From assembly GCA_000092065.1 (NCBI GenBank), contig CP000594.1: a DNA stretch of 64,000 bases; one strand, written 5' to 3'. The notes under the pieces were generated by a model, which saw only the letters and a list, made by a program, of their open reading frames with translations, was not told the origin of the DNA and ran no database searches. The position numbers and the translations under genes were made by a program. Below are positions 29,835-40,451 of this stretch, piece after piece; the stretch's first letter is position 1, and each line of letters starts with the position of its first letter. The DNA comes from Ostreococcus lucimarinus. Its lineage: Eukaryota.

Positions 29835-29917
29835 CGTTCGCGTCGCGCGCGCGTCGAGCGCGGCGCGCGCACGGCGACGCCGGTGGCGAACGAGGTGGTC
29901 TTCGCGGTGGCGAACAT
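29835..29917 (-). CDS. PSAH: PsaH exon 1 (transit peptide MFATAKTTSFATGVAVRAPRSTRARRE); upstream in-frame ATGs at 29983/29980 are alternative starts
   Basis: ATG 29917; exon ends CG|GTGCGT (phase 2). Splices to exon 2 to give ...RARRE-R-AMKTNAKYGDE..., a 130-aa precursor of typical PsaH length. Confidence 0.55.
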
Positions 29918-30165
29918 GGCGCGTCGGGGTGTGGCGACCGGGGATTCGTTTCTCCGTATTCGACGTCCATCGAACGCCATCATAGGGACGTCGATCGCGG
30001 TTTATCGCGATCCACGTGGATTCGGCGCGATCGCGTGTGGAATCGGGGGGACGCGCGATGGTATTATACGTCATCGAGGGGTATATAATGCGTCGAAGTT
30101 TTACTATATAGAGGAGCGCGATCGGTCGGACGGTCGGTCGGACGCGGTCGGTCGGACGGCGCGCG

Positions 30166-32418
30166 CTACGCGTCGTCGTCGTCGTCGTCGTCGGCGGCGG
30201 GGCGTCGGCCGGCGTGCGCGGCGTTGATCTCGCGAGCCTCGCGGCGGAGGGACTTGACGACGCGGCGGTCGGCGCGGGCGGCGCGGGCGTCGGAGAGCGC
30301 GCGCGCGGAGGCGCGCGACGGACGCTGCCAGGCGCTGCTTCGGCGCGCGGGCGCGCGGGACGGGGCGTGGGAGTGGCCGTGGGCGTGGGCGTGGACGCGA
30401 GACGCGTCGGTGGACGCGGCGTGGGAGTGGCCGTGGGCGCGCTGGGCGCGTTTTTGGGCCTTGGCTTTGGCGGCGTCGGCGGAGGCGGCGGTTTCGGCGA
30501 CGGCGAGGGCGCGGTCGGCCCAGGCGTAGGCGCTTTGCATCGCGGCCTGCGCGCCTTTGGTGGATTTGAGTTCGGTTTTGAACTCCTTTCGCGTCGACAC
30601 CGGAACGAGGGCGCCGGCGTGATCTTTAGTCGCGCCGGGCGGCGCGACGACGAAGTCGTTCGCCGAACGAACGTCGACGAAGACGTCGGAAGAACGCGCG
30701 TCGACGTCGGCCGCGGACGCCGCGTTCGCCCTCGTCGCGGCTTTGTTAATTTCGTCGACGCGAAGCGCGTTCACGTCGTCCAGCATGCGGCGTCGCGCGC
30801 CTTCGAGATCTGTAATCATGCGCGTCGGGTACGTCGATCCCAACTCGACGCCCGCGGCGTCGAGCTGCTTCGCCGACGCTTCCCACGGGCGGTGTCGCAG
30901 GTGCCCTTTCGGCAGCGCCGCGAGCTCTGGAATCCATCGAGCGATGCTCTCGCCTTCGGGGTCGTGCGCTCGAGAGGATCCATCTGGGGTCAACGAACCC
31001 GCGAAGACGTCCCACTGATCGAGTCCGCTCTTTCCCGCGTTTTGCCACATCATGGAATTGATCGCCAAGTCCGCGTCCACGAGAGTGTCGAGGAACCAAT
31101 CTGCGCCGTGCGTCCAATGAACGCCGCAGTAATCGACGAGAAACGTGGCCGCAATCATGCGTTCACTCTGATGCATCCATCCGGTGGCCCAAAGCCGGCG
31201 CATGCCCGCGTCCACGGTGGGGAAGCCCGTCGTTCCAGTTTGCCATCGATGAAGCGCAACGGCGGCTTCGTCGCCCTCCAACCAAGCCTTGCGATTCTCG
31301 TAGTGCCCACGCACGGACTTGGACGGTAACTCGGGCCAGTTGTGCAGTTGCCAGTACGCAAACTCTCGGCGATAGAGACGGTGCCAAAACACGCGAGAGA
31401 GCTTTTTGCCCTCCACCCCGTCGCTGCCCATCTTTTTCGTCGCCAATTCGTGGTAAATCTGCCGCGGCGATATCTGACCATGGCGTAAATACGGTGAAAG
31501 CGTGCTCACCGCGGCCGGAGCGACGATATCCGCTCTTCCGTGATCGTCCTCAAACTTCTCCAACCCCACCGAAGCGAAGTGCTCCCAAGTAGAGGCGGCG
31601 CCCGACTCCGACATCGTCCACTCCGCGCGAATCCCAGCCGCCCAGTCCAAGCGTTTATCTACGTCTGATACTATCCCTAATTCTTCTAACGACGCCGCGA
31701 ATCCGTGCTCGGGGCCTAAATCCACCACTCGCGCGCTCGCCGGCGCCGCGCGCGGCGCCCCCACTTTCCCTCCGAGCTTCTCCGCGGCGTGCACGAACGG
31801 CATGAGCGTGCCGAAAAAGTACTTTTCCCTCCTCAGATCGATCTGAATCTTCTCTGGCTCAAACAACAAGTACCCCGGCAAGCGCACGATCTCGCACGCG
31901 TCCCGCACGCTCGCCGCCGTCTCTTCGTCGTCCGCGTCCGCCGTCGGTTCGTACCGCCTCGACGCGAACGCGCGCGTCGCTCCCACTCCCCCGCACGCCG
32001 CTCGCATCGCCTCCGCGTGCGTCCCGCGATAATACGACAGTCCTCCTCCACCGTACCGTCGTCGCAGTTCGCGATCGAGCGCGTCCAGCGCTTCGACCAA
32101 CCACGCCCTTCGCGCGCCTCTCGTCGTCTCGCCGTCTCGCGTCTCGTCCCACGCGAACACGCACGCCGTCTCGCCGCCGCGCCGTCGCGCCGTCTCCACC
32201 GCGGCGAGCAGCGCGGCGTTATCGCTCACGCGCAGGTCGTGGTCTCGGAACCACGCGACGGCGCCGCGACGCGCGTCGTCGGCGTCGCGCTGACGATTTG
32301 TGTCGCCCTCGACGTCACGCGTCGCGCGCGGCGCGAACCGTCGTGCGGCGCGCGTCGCGGGCGAGGACGCGCGCGCGGCGATCGGCGTCGCCGAGCTCGC
32401 GCGCGCGCCGAGGCGCAT
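30166..32418 (-). CDS. Cryptochrome/photolyase-family protein (class I CPD/CRY-DASH-like) with N-terminal presequence and His-rich, poly-Asp C-terminal extension
   Basis: WFRDHDLRVSDNAALLAA (photolyase N-domain), TGFPTVDAGMRRLWATGWMHQSERMIAATFLV and DADLAINSMMWQNAGKSGLD...DPEGESIARWIPELAALP (FAD-binding 7). Tail has HGHSHA/HAHAHGHSHA repeats and DDDDDDDA. Start placed at ATG 32418 (ORF upstream is Arg-rich). Confidence 0.8.
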   Translation of the reverse strand: MRLGARASSATPIAARASSPATRAARRFAPRATRDVEGDTNRQRDADDARRGAVAWFRDHDLRVSDNAALLAAVETARRRGGETACVFAWDETRDGETTRGARRAWLVEALDALDRELRRRYGGGGLSYYRGTHAEAMRAACGGVGATRAFASRRYEPTADADDEETAASVRDACEIVRLPGYLLFEPEKIQIDLRREKYFFGTLMPFVHAAEKLGGKVGAPRAAPASARVVDLGPEHGFAASLEELGIVSDVDKRLDWAAGIRAEWTMSESGAASTWEHFASVGLEKFEDDHGRADIVAPAAVSTLSPYLRHGQISPRQIYHELATKKMGSDGVEGKKLSRVFWHRLYRREFAYWQLHNWPELPSKSVRGHYENRKAWLEGDEAAVALHRWQTGTTGFPTVDAGMRRLWATGWMHQSERMIAATFLVDYCGVHWTHGADWFLDTLVDADLAINSMMWQNAGKSGLDQWDVFAGSLTPDGSSRAHDPEGESIARWIPELAALPKGHLRHRPWEASAKQLDAAGVELGSTYPTRMITDLEGARRRMLDDVNALRVDEINKAATRANAASAADVDARSSDVFVDVRSANDFVVAPPGATKDHAGALVPVSTRKEFKTELKSTKGAQAAMQSAYAWADRALAVAETAASADAAKAKAQKRAQRAHGHSHAASTDASRVHAHAHGHSHAPSRAPARRSSAWQRPSRASARALSDARAARADRRVVKSLRREAREINAAHAGRRPAADDDDDDDA

Positions 32419-32492
32419 CGCGCGCGCGACGCGACGCGACGCGACGAGCGACGACGAATGGCGACGACGAACGGCGTCTCGTCTGGATTCGA

Positions 32493-33398
32493 TTAAATGT
32501 TGAGCGCGTGCGCGACGGATCCCGCGAGCTTCAAAACGACGAAAGGCGCGACGCCGCTGCACGCGCTGACGGTCTGCGGACACGAATCGGTGATCCAAAA
32601 GTTGGCGAACCCGGCGGACGGGTCGGTGAAACGACGCCAAGACTCGTTGGGAAAGACGCCGTGGGTGACGTAGGCGCTCACCGCGGAGGCGCCCTCGCGG
32701 CGAAGAACCTTGGCGCACTCGATGAGGGTGCCGCCGGATTGCACGAGATCGTCCACGATGACGATGTGCTTACCCGTGGGTTTGCCCTCCTTGATCGTGA
32801 CGATGCGCTTGTCGCCCTCGCGAACCTTGGTGCAGACGACCTCGTCGTACTTGGCGAAAAAGTTGTGAAAGCGCTTGCACGCGCCCTCGTCGGGGTAGGC
32901 GATGACGACGTCCGCGGCGTCTTCTAAACTTGCTAATCGCTCCAACAAAAGCGGAATTCCCGATGCGAACAGCGGAGTGACGGAGTCACCGAAATAAAAT
33001 CGCTCCTGAAGCGCGTGAATGTCGAACACGATCATATCCGTCGGCCCGCCTCGCGAGTGCGGAATCGAGCTCAACATTCTCGCCATCGTCACCGCGGTGG
33101 GGATTTCTCCTTCCTTATCCACCCGTTCGAACGTACCGGTGGGGAAAAACGGTAAGATCAATCTGAACGACGCGACGAACATCTTGGGAAGGGAGTATAT
33201 CACGCTAAGCTGTTGGAAAATCACAGACGCGTTGTGAAACGACGCCAAAAACGCCACGTGCCGCCCGTGCAGCTGTTCCGCGTCGTTCACGAAAATGTTC
33301 GGGAAACCATCCGCGAACGTGCGCCACTGAATCTCACCCAACTCAATGTTTCCGTCGATCGCCGCGATCTCTCTCGCCATTTGTTCCATCTGTTCCAT
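32493..33398 (-). CDS. Ribose-phosphate pyrophosphokinase (PRPP synthetase)-like protein
   Basis: PRPP-binding loop [22 protein letters not shown], upstream [11 protein letters not shown] and N-terminal PRS-like blocks; overall PRTase type I fold pattern. Confidence 0.7.
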   Translation of the reverse strand: MEQMEQMAREIAAIDGNIELGEIQWRTFADGFPNIFVNDAEQLHGRHVAFLASFHNASVIFQQLSVIYSLPKMFVASFRLILPFFPTGTFERVDKEGEIPTAVTMARMLSSIPHSRGGPTDMIVFDIHALQERFYFGDSVTPLFASGIPLLLERLASLEDAADVVIAYPDEGACKRFHNFFAKYDEVVCTKVREGDKRIVTIKEGKPTGKHIVIVDDLVQSGGTLIECAKVLRREGASAVSAYVTHGVFPNESWRRFTDPSAGFANFWITDSCPQTVSACSGVAPFVVLKLAGSVAHALNI

Positions 33399-33848
33399 TC
33401 GTCCGGCGCGTCGTCGTCAGTCGCCGCGTTTGAATTCGACGTCGTCGCGCGTTCGCCCTCGCTCTCGCTTCGCTTCGCGCCGTCGCGCTCGCCGCGCTCG
33501 CGCTCGCACCTCGGTGCAATAAAACAACATCAGCGGCATGGACGACCGCGTCAGGCGCTGGCTCGTCGCTCGGCCGAGCGCGTTCGCGTCGGCGGACATT
33601 TCTTCGCGTTCGCGACGGCGCGTTCGCGACGGCGCGTTCGCGTCGCGGACGGGCGCGCGCCGCGAACCGCGCGCCGCGATCCGCGCGCGCGCTCTTTCGT
33701 CCGCGCGACGGCGCGAATTCCGGCGCACCGAGACGACGCGCGCGAGTGTGCGGCGCTCGGCGCGTCTCGACCGGGACGCCGCGCCGCGCCGCGCCGCTCG
33801 ACTACCGACTACGACTACCATTACAACCCATGCGCGCGCCGCGTCGCG

Positions 33849-34496
33849 CTACATCGCGCGCCCGACGAACGTCGAGCGAGGATACGCCGCGTGCGCGCGC
33901 TCCCACATCACGCACACCCGATCGACGCACCTCAGATGATAAAAAATCTTCCCCGTCAGGCTGAGCGTTCGCGCGCGACACGCGCTCTCCACGAACACCG
34001 TCGCCGGCGTTCGCCACCCCAGCGCGCGTCGCGCCATCGCCGCCAGCACGATCGGCACGCACGTCCCCGGTCCGTTACAAATCACCACGTCCGGTTTCAC
34101 GCGCGCGACGATCGCGATCGCCGCCGCGCACGCGCGCGCCGTCGTCGCCGCGCTCGTCGTCCATCGCTGGCCCACCTCTCGCGCGCGTCCGATCGTCAGC
34201 ACGCGCGCCTCGCCGCGAGCGCCGCGTCGCGAGCGCTCGAACGTGAGCGCTCTGTCGGCGCTCCGCGCGTCCGTGCTCGCGACGACGTACGCCGCGACGT
34301 CCAGTCGGTCGAGCGTTCGCGCGTCGCGCAGGATGCGCAGCATCTCCGCCGTGTGTCCGCCGCTGCCGAGCACGACGAGCGCCCGCGCGCGCCGGCCGCG
34401 GAGCGCCGACTTGTCGAACGCGCGCGTCGCGGCGCGCGCGATCCACAGCGCGACGTTGGCGAGCGCGAGGAGCGCGAGGAGCGAACGCGGTGGCAT
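33849..34496 (-). CDS. ALG14: UDP-GlcNAc transferase subunit ALG14
   Basis: N-terminal TM then LVVLGSGGHTAEMLRIL and PDVVICNGPGTCVPIVLAA, the two ALG14 signature blocks. Confidence 0.8.
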   Translation of the reverse strand: MPPRSLLALLALANVALWIARAATRAFDKSALRGRRARALVVLGSGGHTAEMLRILRDARTLDRLDVAAYVVASTDARSADRALTFERSRRGARGEARVLTIGRAREVGQRWTTSAATTARACAAAIAIVARVKPDVVICNGPGTCVPIVLAAMARRALGWRTPATVFVESACRARTLSLTGKIFYHLRCVDRVCVMWERAHAAYPRSTFVGRAM

Positions 34497-34545
34497 GGCG
34501 AGGCGAACACTGCGGTCAAAACGCGACTCGCGCGCGCGCGGCGCG

Positions 34546-35553
34546 ATGTCGCGGCGCGCGGCGACGGCGGTGACGCGCGCGGTGACGCTCGCGTCGCTGG
34601 TCGCGCGCGCGCGCGCGCACGGCGCGCGCGGCGGCGACGAGGGCGACGCGCGGGCGGCGGGGGCGTGGACGGTCGGGGACGCCGCGCGCGCGACGCTGGC
34701 GTCCGCGTGCGTGTCGCTCGCGTCCCTGGTCGGGTGCGCGCTGATGGCGATCGGCGCGCGCGCGGACGCGCTCGCGTGGCTGAGCGACGCGGCGATCGGG
34801 GCGATGCTCGGGGACGCGCTCGGGTGTCAACTGCCGTCGGCGCTCGAGGCGGCGACGCGAGCGCGAGGACGCGACGGCGCGGGCGTCGCGGCGTGCGCGA
34901 CGACGTGCGGCGTGCTGGCGTTTCATCAGTTGGAGGTGATCGTGCGCGCGGTGAAGGCGCGAAACGATGGGAAAGTGGGGACGACGCGGCGGCGTCGAAC
35001 GCCGAGCGAAAGCCGAAGCCGAAGCCGAAGCCGAGGCGCGAGTGGTCGAGCGCGCGAGCGACGCGCGGCGGCGCGAGAGATCGCGGCGAGCGGATGGCTC
35101 AATCTGTTCGCCGATGCCGCGCACAACTTCACCGACGGCGTCGTGATCGCGATCGCGTTCGCCCGGCGCGGCGCGACGCGCGGCTACGCCGCGGCGTGGA
35201 CGACGCTCGCGCACGAGCTTCCGCAAGAGCTCGGCGACTACGGCATCTTACGACGCTCGGGATTCACCGACGTCGAGGCGTTATGGTTCAACTTTCTCTC
35301 CGCCCTCGTCGCCGTCGGCGCGACCGCGCTCACGTTCCTCGTCCTGGCCGCGCTCGACGCCGCGAGCGCCTCCGCGTCGTCCTTCGCCCGACGTCTCGCC
35401 CTCGACGTTCCCTACCTCGTCGAGGCCTTCTGCGCCGGCGGGTTTCTCACCGTCGCCTTCACCGCCCTTCGCGAGGACGATTCGGGATCCGCGTTCGCGC
35501 GCGTTCGCGTGTTCGTCGCCGCCGTCCTCGTCGCGCGTCGCGGCGCCCACTGA
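34546..35553 (+). CDS. ZIP-family metal transporter, KE4/ZIP7/ZIP13 (IAR1-like) subfamily
   Basis: GWLNLFADAAHNFTDGVVIAIAF (ZIP signature helix) and HELPQELGDYGILRRSGF (HEXPHEXGD metalloprotease-like motif typical of the LIV-1/KE4 branch); signal-like N-terminus; SRSRSRSR loop. Confidence 0.75.
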   Translation: MSRRAATAVTRAVTLASLVARARAHGARGGDEGDARAAGAWTVGDAARATLASACVSLASLVGCALMAIGARADALAWLSDAAIGAMLGDALGCQLPSALEAATRARGRDGAGVAACATTCGVLAFHQLEVIVRAVKARNDGKVGTTRRRRTPSESRSRSRSRGASGRARERRAAAREIAASGWLNLFADAAHNFTDGVVIAIAFARRGATRGYAAAWTTLAHELPQELGDYGILRRSGFTDVEALWFNFLSALVAVGATALTFLVLAALDAASASASSFARRLALDVPYLVEAFCAGGFLTVAFTALREDDSGSAFARVRVFVAAVLVARRGAH

Positions 35554-35665
35554 TGCATAAGTAACCCGAGCCCGACTGCGCGCGCCCCCCCTCGTGTCCG
35601 CCCCCCCTGCGATTTCCAATATTTCATATTCAACGACCCAAATGACCCAATTAACAAAAAACATG

Positions 35666-35683
35666 ACACACACACACACACAC
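35666..35683. repeat. (AC)9 dinucleotide microsatellite
   Basis: acacacacacacacacac read directly. Confidence 0.8.
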
Positions 35684-36010
35684 GACGGTTCAGGACTCGT
35701 CGCGATTCAGGCGCCGTCGAGGGGCGCCGGCCGGTCTCCGCGCGCGGTCGTCGCGCCGACGCATCTCGCGACGCGATCGCGCGCGCGACGCGAGGACGAC
35801 GACGCGCGGGAGGCGCGCGAAGCGACCGCCGCGGACGCGCGACGACGCGCGGCGCGATCGACGACGGAGACGCGCGATCGGGCGCGACGCGGCGCGGCGC
35901 GGCGACGGGACGAGGTTCGAATTAATTCCGCGGCGTCATCTCGAGACGCGCGCGGCGAATCGAGGAAGCGCGCGGGGACGCGAGGCGGGCGGTTCGAGGC
36001 GCGAGAGGAG

Positions 36011-37306
36011 ATGTCGCAGGCGGGGACGTCGACGAAGGCGGGACGAGGCGCGGATGGGCGCGAGAGGTTCGTCGTCATTCGCGCGATGGGGCTGAGCGTG
36101 GACGGGAAGGTGGAGGCGGTGGTGGAGAGCGAGGCGTTTCCGACGCTCGAGGCGGCGATCGGGCACAGCGAGTACTTGGCGCAGACGGTGAGAGCGCGCG
36201 GGGGGGTTCGGGGGAACGTGGGACGAAACGGGGGGAAGAAAGGGATGAAGGCGTCGCGAACGACGATTTGCGAGTTGCCGGTGGACACGCAGGTGTGGCA
36301 CGTGACGCCGACGAATATTCCCGGGCCGGCGTATCGAAACGAGGGGCAGCTCATGGTGATGCTGCTGTCGAGTCTGTGCGGACGCGTGGTGTCGAAATCG
36401 CGCAATGGGGTGTTGGATGAGTCGGAGTTCGCGTACAACAACGGCCACGGCGTGCGGTCGGCTCGCAACGGGGGCGACGCGGAGGCGCCACAAATTGCGG
36501 ACGGCATTCCTTACGTCAAAGCAAAGATTTTCGGCCAGAAAACGGCTGACCCATTCATGTTGCGCCCTAACATCTCCAAGGCTGCGTTCAGAACGCTCCT
36601 CCTGCGCGCGGTGGGTAAGTACCTGGCCGACGATCGCGAGCCGTACCCGGTGCTGGCGAAATCAGACGTGCAGCTTCAAGTCGCGCAAGTGGCTCACGGA
36701 GTCCAATACCACGTTCTCGCGATTCGTGCGCTTGGACATTCCGCCGCGGACTTTTCGATGTCCATCGATGATCAAGGTCGAACCTTTGTGCGCGCCGATC
36801 CGGCGCAACCGCCAAACTCGAACCCGAAGTTGGGGCGGCCGTTCGAGCTGTTGTGTCAGTTCCCTTCCCTCGTGCACTTGCAAACGTGCCGCTGCATTTA
36901 TCAAGACGACGTACTGTACATCATTGTGTATCCTCGTAACGCCAAGTCGCGATCACTTCGTTTGTCTTCAGCAGAAATTAGAAACACGTCTTTGCCGGAA
37001 AGCATTCGAAACACCGCGACGGGCGCCGGCGTGGAAAAGGCCAACGGACCTTCGTTTCCGCGCGAAGTAGGGATCGAGGATGGAACAAATAGCGCTAGAC
37101 CGGGCGATGAGATTGCCTTGGCTACCCTTGGTGGCGCTTTTGGGAAGAACGAAGATGACTCTGACTCCGACAACACGGATGACTTCTCGAACGACGAGGC
37201 AGAGGAGCCACGTGCCAAGACTGCGGCGCCCGAGGTTGATGAGAAGACGATAGATTTACCAGACGAGGATGTCGACAGCGAGGTGGAAGAGCCGATGCCC
37301 GAATAG
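36011..37306 (+). CDS. Hypothetical protein with acidic C-terminal tail; function unknown (ORF open from 35594, start uncertain)
   Basis: About 330 aa of ordinary composition (FVVIRAMGLSVDGKVEAVVESEAFPTLEAAIGH..., DVLYIIVYPRNAKSRS...) ending in an Asp/Glu/Ser-rich tail; an (AC)9 microsatellite lies in the putative 5' region. Confidence 0.4.
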   Translation: MSQAGTSTKAGRGADGRERFVVIRAMGLSVDGKVEAVVESEAFPTLEAAIGHSEYLAQTVRARGGVRGNVGRNGGKKGMKASRTTICELPVDTQVWHVTPTNIPGPAYRNEGQLMVMLLSSLCGRVVSKSRNGVLDESEFAYNNGHGVRSARNGGDAEAPQIADGIPYVKAKIFGQKTADPFMLRPNISKAAFRTLLLRAVGKYLADDREPYPVLAKSDVQLQVAQVAHGVQYHVLAIRALGHSAADFSMSIDDQGRTFVRADPAQPPNSNPKLGRPFELLCQFPSLVHLQTCRCIYQDDVLYIIVYPRNAKSRSLRLSSAEIRNTSLPESIRNTATGAGVEKANGPSFPREVGIEDGTNSARPGDEIALATLGGAFGKNEDDSDSDNTDDFSNDEAEEPRAKTAAPEVDEKTIDLPDEDVDSEVEEPMPE

Positions 37307-37414
37307 GATGATTTTACGTGATGGACTATTAATAATGCACTCAATGTGAATACACGCTGCGCTACGCTCTAATGTGATGGAATAATGATGCGTTAAATGT
37401 CAGTACACGCTGCG

Positions 37415-38981
37415 CTACCCTCTGTCCGCGTTCAAATCCCCGTCGTTCTCTATCGGTGCCACCTCGTTTTCGTCCGTCTGTAAAGCCTCGAGCACGGCCC
37501 TTCGTTCCATCTCTACGTCGTGATCGATGGTAAATGTAATGCAGGCCAAAATAACGCCACACACAAACCAAAAGGTAAACGCCACGTTGAACGCCACTCG
37601 TCTGCCCATGCTCACGATGAGCAAGGCGACCAGCGCGGGTCCACCGCCTTTACCGACGTCGTCAATTTGTGAGTAAAATGCAAACATACTTCCACGAGTT
37701 TCCGGCGGGTTGACATTCAACAAAATTGCGCGCACATTGGGCGGTGTCACCGAGCAGAAAACGCCGCCGACGAGGCACGACAGGTACAAACCGACCCTCC
37801 CCGGACCGTAGTCGTTGACGTTGAGATAGTAATACGCTGGAAGTGCTCCAATAGCGGTCGTCAGTCCCATTAAAATCGGAAGTTCGCTCTTCTTCTTATT
37901 GTACATCCTCTGACCGATGAATCCTCCCCCAATGGTGCCGAAGGCGGAGCCCAAGCCGAAGACGGTGATGGCCGCCGTGGCGTTTTGCACCGTCATACCC
38001 TTTTGCTTATGTAAAAAGTCGACAAAGTACGAATTGAACACCCCCCACGGCACCGTGCCCGGCAAGCCTTGCGCAAGCACGAGGATGTTGGTCTTCACAA
38101 GCAATTGCTTCTTGACCTTGCTCCAATTCATCTTGGCTTTATACGAAACATCTCCCGCTTCGTCGCCGCTTTCGAGCTCGTCCTCCGTCTGCGCCGTCGT
38201 TTGTTCGTCGGAATCATCCCGCTCAGCGACATTTTTCGTTGAATTCCTTCGCATCGTCATTCGATGAACTTCTTCCTCCTGAGCGCCACGCTTGGGCTCG
38301 TCGACGACGAGAACCATCACCGTTGCGAGCACGACCGCGGGCGCGGATGTGAGGATGAACGGTAGTCGCCACCCGTACGCCGGCCCTACCGTACCCGCCA
38401 CCACTTGTCCGAGCGCCACTCCCGCTCCCGTCGCGATCGTCAAAAAACTCGCCACGTAACTCCGCTCATGACTCGCAAACAAATCTCCGCACCAACGAGA
38501 ACAAACAGCGGTAAAGCATCCGCCCACCGCGATGCCCTGGTCATCGCGCCGAAGCGCAAACAACTGCCAATAACTCGGTCACCCAATACGTCGCCATGCA
38601 CGGCCCTTCACCGATCAGTGTCGTCCAAAAGAACAAACGCACTCGACGCACTCGATCGGCGTAGTACCCGATGATCAGCGACGCCGGCGAGCCGACGACG
38701 AAAAACGCCAGCTGGAGCAACCCGCCCAGCTTGACATCCTTCTCTTTTTCATCCATCCCGAACTCCTCCGCTATGGCGCTCATGTTCGGCCCGATGAGGT
38801 TTTGATCGGCGTACAGGAACAGAGAAGTGGCCGTGATCAACCCGACGACGCCGTAGCGCTTCCATCGCTCGCGTCGCGCAAGTCTACGCCGTTGAAAACT
38901 CACGGAAGATGATGTCCCCGCCGCTGGGATAGCTTCGCCTTCGCGAGGCGCTCGGGACGCGTCGGAGGACTCAGAGGGCAT
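37415..38981 (-). CDS. Major facilitator superfamily transporter (spinster-like?), reading frame broken by an apparent single-nucleotide frameshift near 38544-38578
   Basis: N-terminal ORF (38541..39161) carries TM1-4 with GYYADRVRRVRL (MFS motif A). The ORF 37415..38563 in the adjacent frame continues with LFALRRDDQGIAVGG...CGDLFASHERS and 6+ further TMs. The two frames overlap for only about 35 nt, too short for an intron. Confidence 0.65.
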
Positions 38982-39191
38982 GAAACTTCGCGCGCGCGTT
39001 AAAAGCGATACGATGCACGAACCGCGGCGCGCGCACCGTCGCGCGCGGGCGCGCGCCGATGTACGGCTCGCGCGCGGGCTGGGACGCTCAACAACTCTTT
39101 CGGGACGAGCGCGCGCGCGGCGAAATACACAACACATCATATTTATTGCACTAAGTTTCATCGAGCGCTCGCGACCAGTCGCGCGGAATCA

Positions 39192-40094
39192 TTATTGACG
39201 ACCTCCTGAGCGCTGCAAAGCGGCGAGTTTCGCTTTAGTCGCCACGAGTTCGCGGCGGAGCGCGGCGTTTTCCTCTTCGAGCGCTCGCATCGCGCTCTCG
39301 CGCTTTTCGCGACTTCTCGCCGCGCTCTCGCGGTTACGGAACAGCCGCTCTTGCATGCGGAGCGCTTTCTCGGCTTCGGTCTCTTTCGGGGCGCCTTTCG
39401 GCTTCCGTCCCATCTTGAGCGGGGCGATGGCTTGTCGAAACGCCGGAGGCGTGGCGATGCCGCTGCGCTTCTTCAACCGCTTGGGTTCGTAGGACACGCC
39501 CGGAACGGTGGGAACTATCATCATCGACACCCGGGACGGCGCACTCCCCGTCGTTTTCGTCGTCGTCGTTTTCTTCACCGCGGTCGCCCTCCCGTTCGTC
39601 GCCCTCTTCGCCTTCGCCTTCGCCGTCTTCCCCGCCGTCACCGTCGCCGTCGTCGTCGCCGCTTCATCCCCCCCGGCGTCCGCCAGCGCCAGCGCCGTCG
39701 TCAACTGCATGAAATTCATCGTCGGCAGGCTCGGCAGGCTCGGCAGGCTCGGCTCGCGTCCCCGCGCCGTCCCGCTCGCGCCGCTCGAATTAATCTTCGC
39801 CCACACGTCTCCCATGCTCTGCCGTCCCGCCTCGTCCGGCAATCGATCGAATATTTTCGCGTCGATCGTCGACGCCTGTCGCGCCACCGCCGTCGCCACC
39901 TCGCGCATCGTCGCCGTCGCCGCGTCCGCGCCTCGTCCGAGCGCGTCCAGCGTCAGCCCGAGCGCGGGGTCGTCCGCGTGCGCGCTCAGCGTCGGGACGA
40001 GCTCGCGCGCCCATTTACGCAGCGAATCATCGCGCATCACCGCGTCGTCACCGTCGTCCGTCGTCGCGTCGCGTCGCGTCGCCGCGCGCGGCAT
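39192..40094 (-). CDS. bZIP transcription factor
   Basis: C-terminal basic region plus leucine zipper: KETEAEKALRMQERLFRNRESAARSREKRESAMRALEEENAALRRELVATKAKLAALQ. Start uncertain (ATG 40094 or 40037; ORF open to 40487). Confidence 0.7.
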   Translation of the reverse strand: MPRAATRRDATTDDGDDAVMRDDSLRKWARELVPTLSAHADDPALGLTLDALGRGADAATATMREVATAVARQASTIDAKIFDRLPDEAGRQSMGDVWAKINSSGASGTARGREPSLPSLPSLPTMNFMQLTTALALADAGGDEAATTTATVTAGKTAKAKAKRATNGRATAVKKTTTTKTTGSAPSRVSMMIVPTVPGVSYEPKRLKKRSGIATPPAFRQAIAPLKMGRKPKGAPKETEAEKALRMQERLFRNRESAARSREKRESAMRALEEENAALRRELVATKAKLAALQRSGGRQ

Positions 40095-40451
40095 CGCGTC
40101 GCGTCGTGCCGCGTCGCCGCGCCGATCGACCGGTCGCGCGCGTCGATATCGCCACGTGGCGATATCTGGATATTCGACGAGTCCCGACCCGTCGATCGAG
40201 CCCAGATCCGATCGCGCGGGTGCCGACCGACGCCGCCGCGCGCGACGGCGACGGTTCGCGCGCGACGGTATTTTTGGACGGCGCGCGACGGCGCGCGACG
40301 GCGCGCGCGCGCAGAGCGCGGCGCGCGACGCGCGGGCGAACGCGCGCGACGGTGCCGGCGACGCGCGCGGCGACGCGCGGTCGGCGCGCGACGGCGCGCG
40401 CGAGGAAACGGACGCGCGAGGACGCGACGGTTCGTCTCGCGCGCGGACGCG

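Noticed and set aside
38567-38589. 16-nt tandem duplication (TATTGG...TATTGG) as the cause of the MFS frameshift
   Set aside because: Only the 6-mer TATTGG recurs. The intervening sequence is not duplicated, so a simple duplication cannot be inferred; the indel remains unspecified.
39351-40451. N-terminal 367 codons of the 1163-aa + strand ORF as part of the coiled-coil protein
   Set aside because: This segment is antisense to the bZIP gene and almost pure Arg/His/Pro. The coiled-coil character starts only after ATG 40452.
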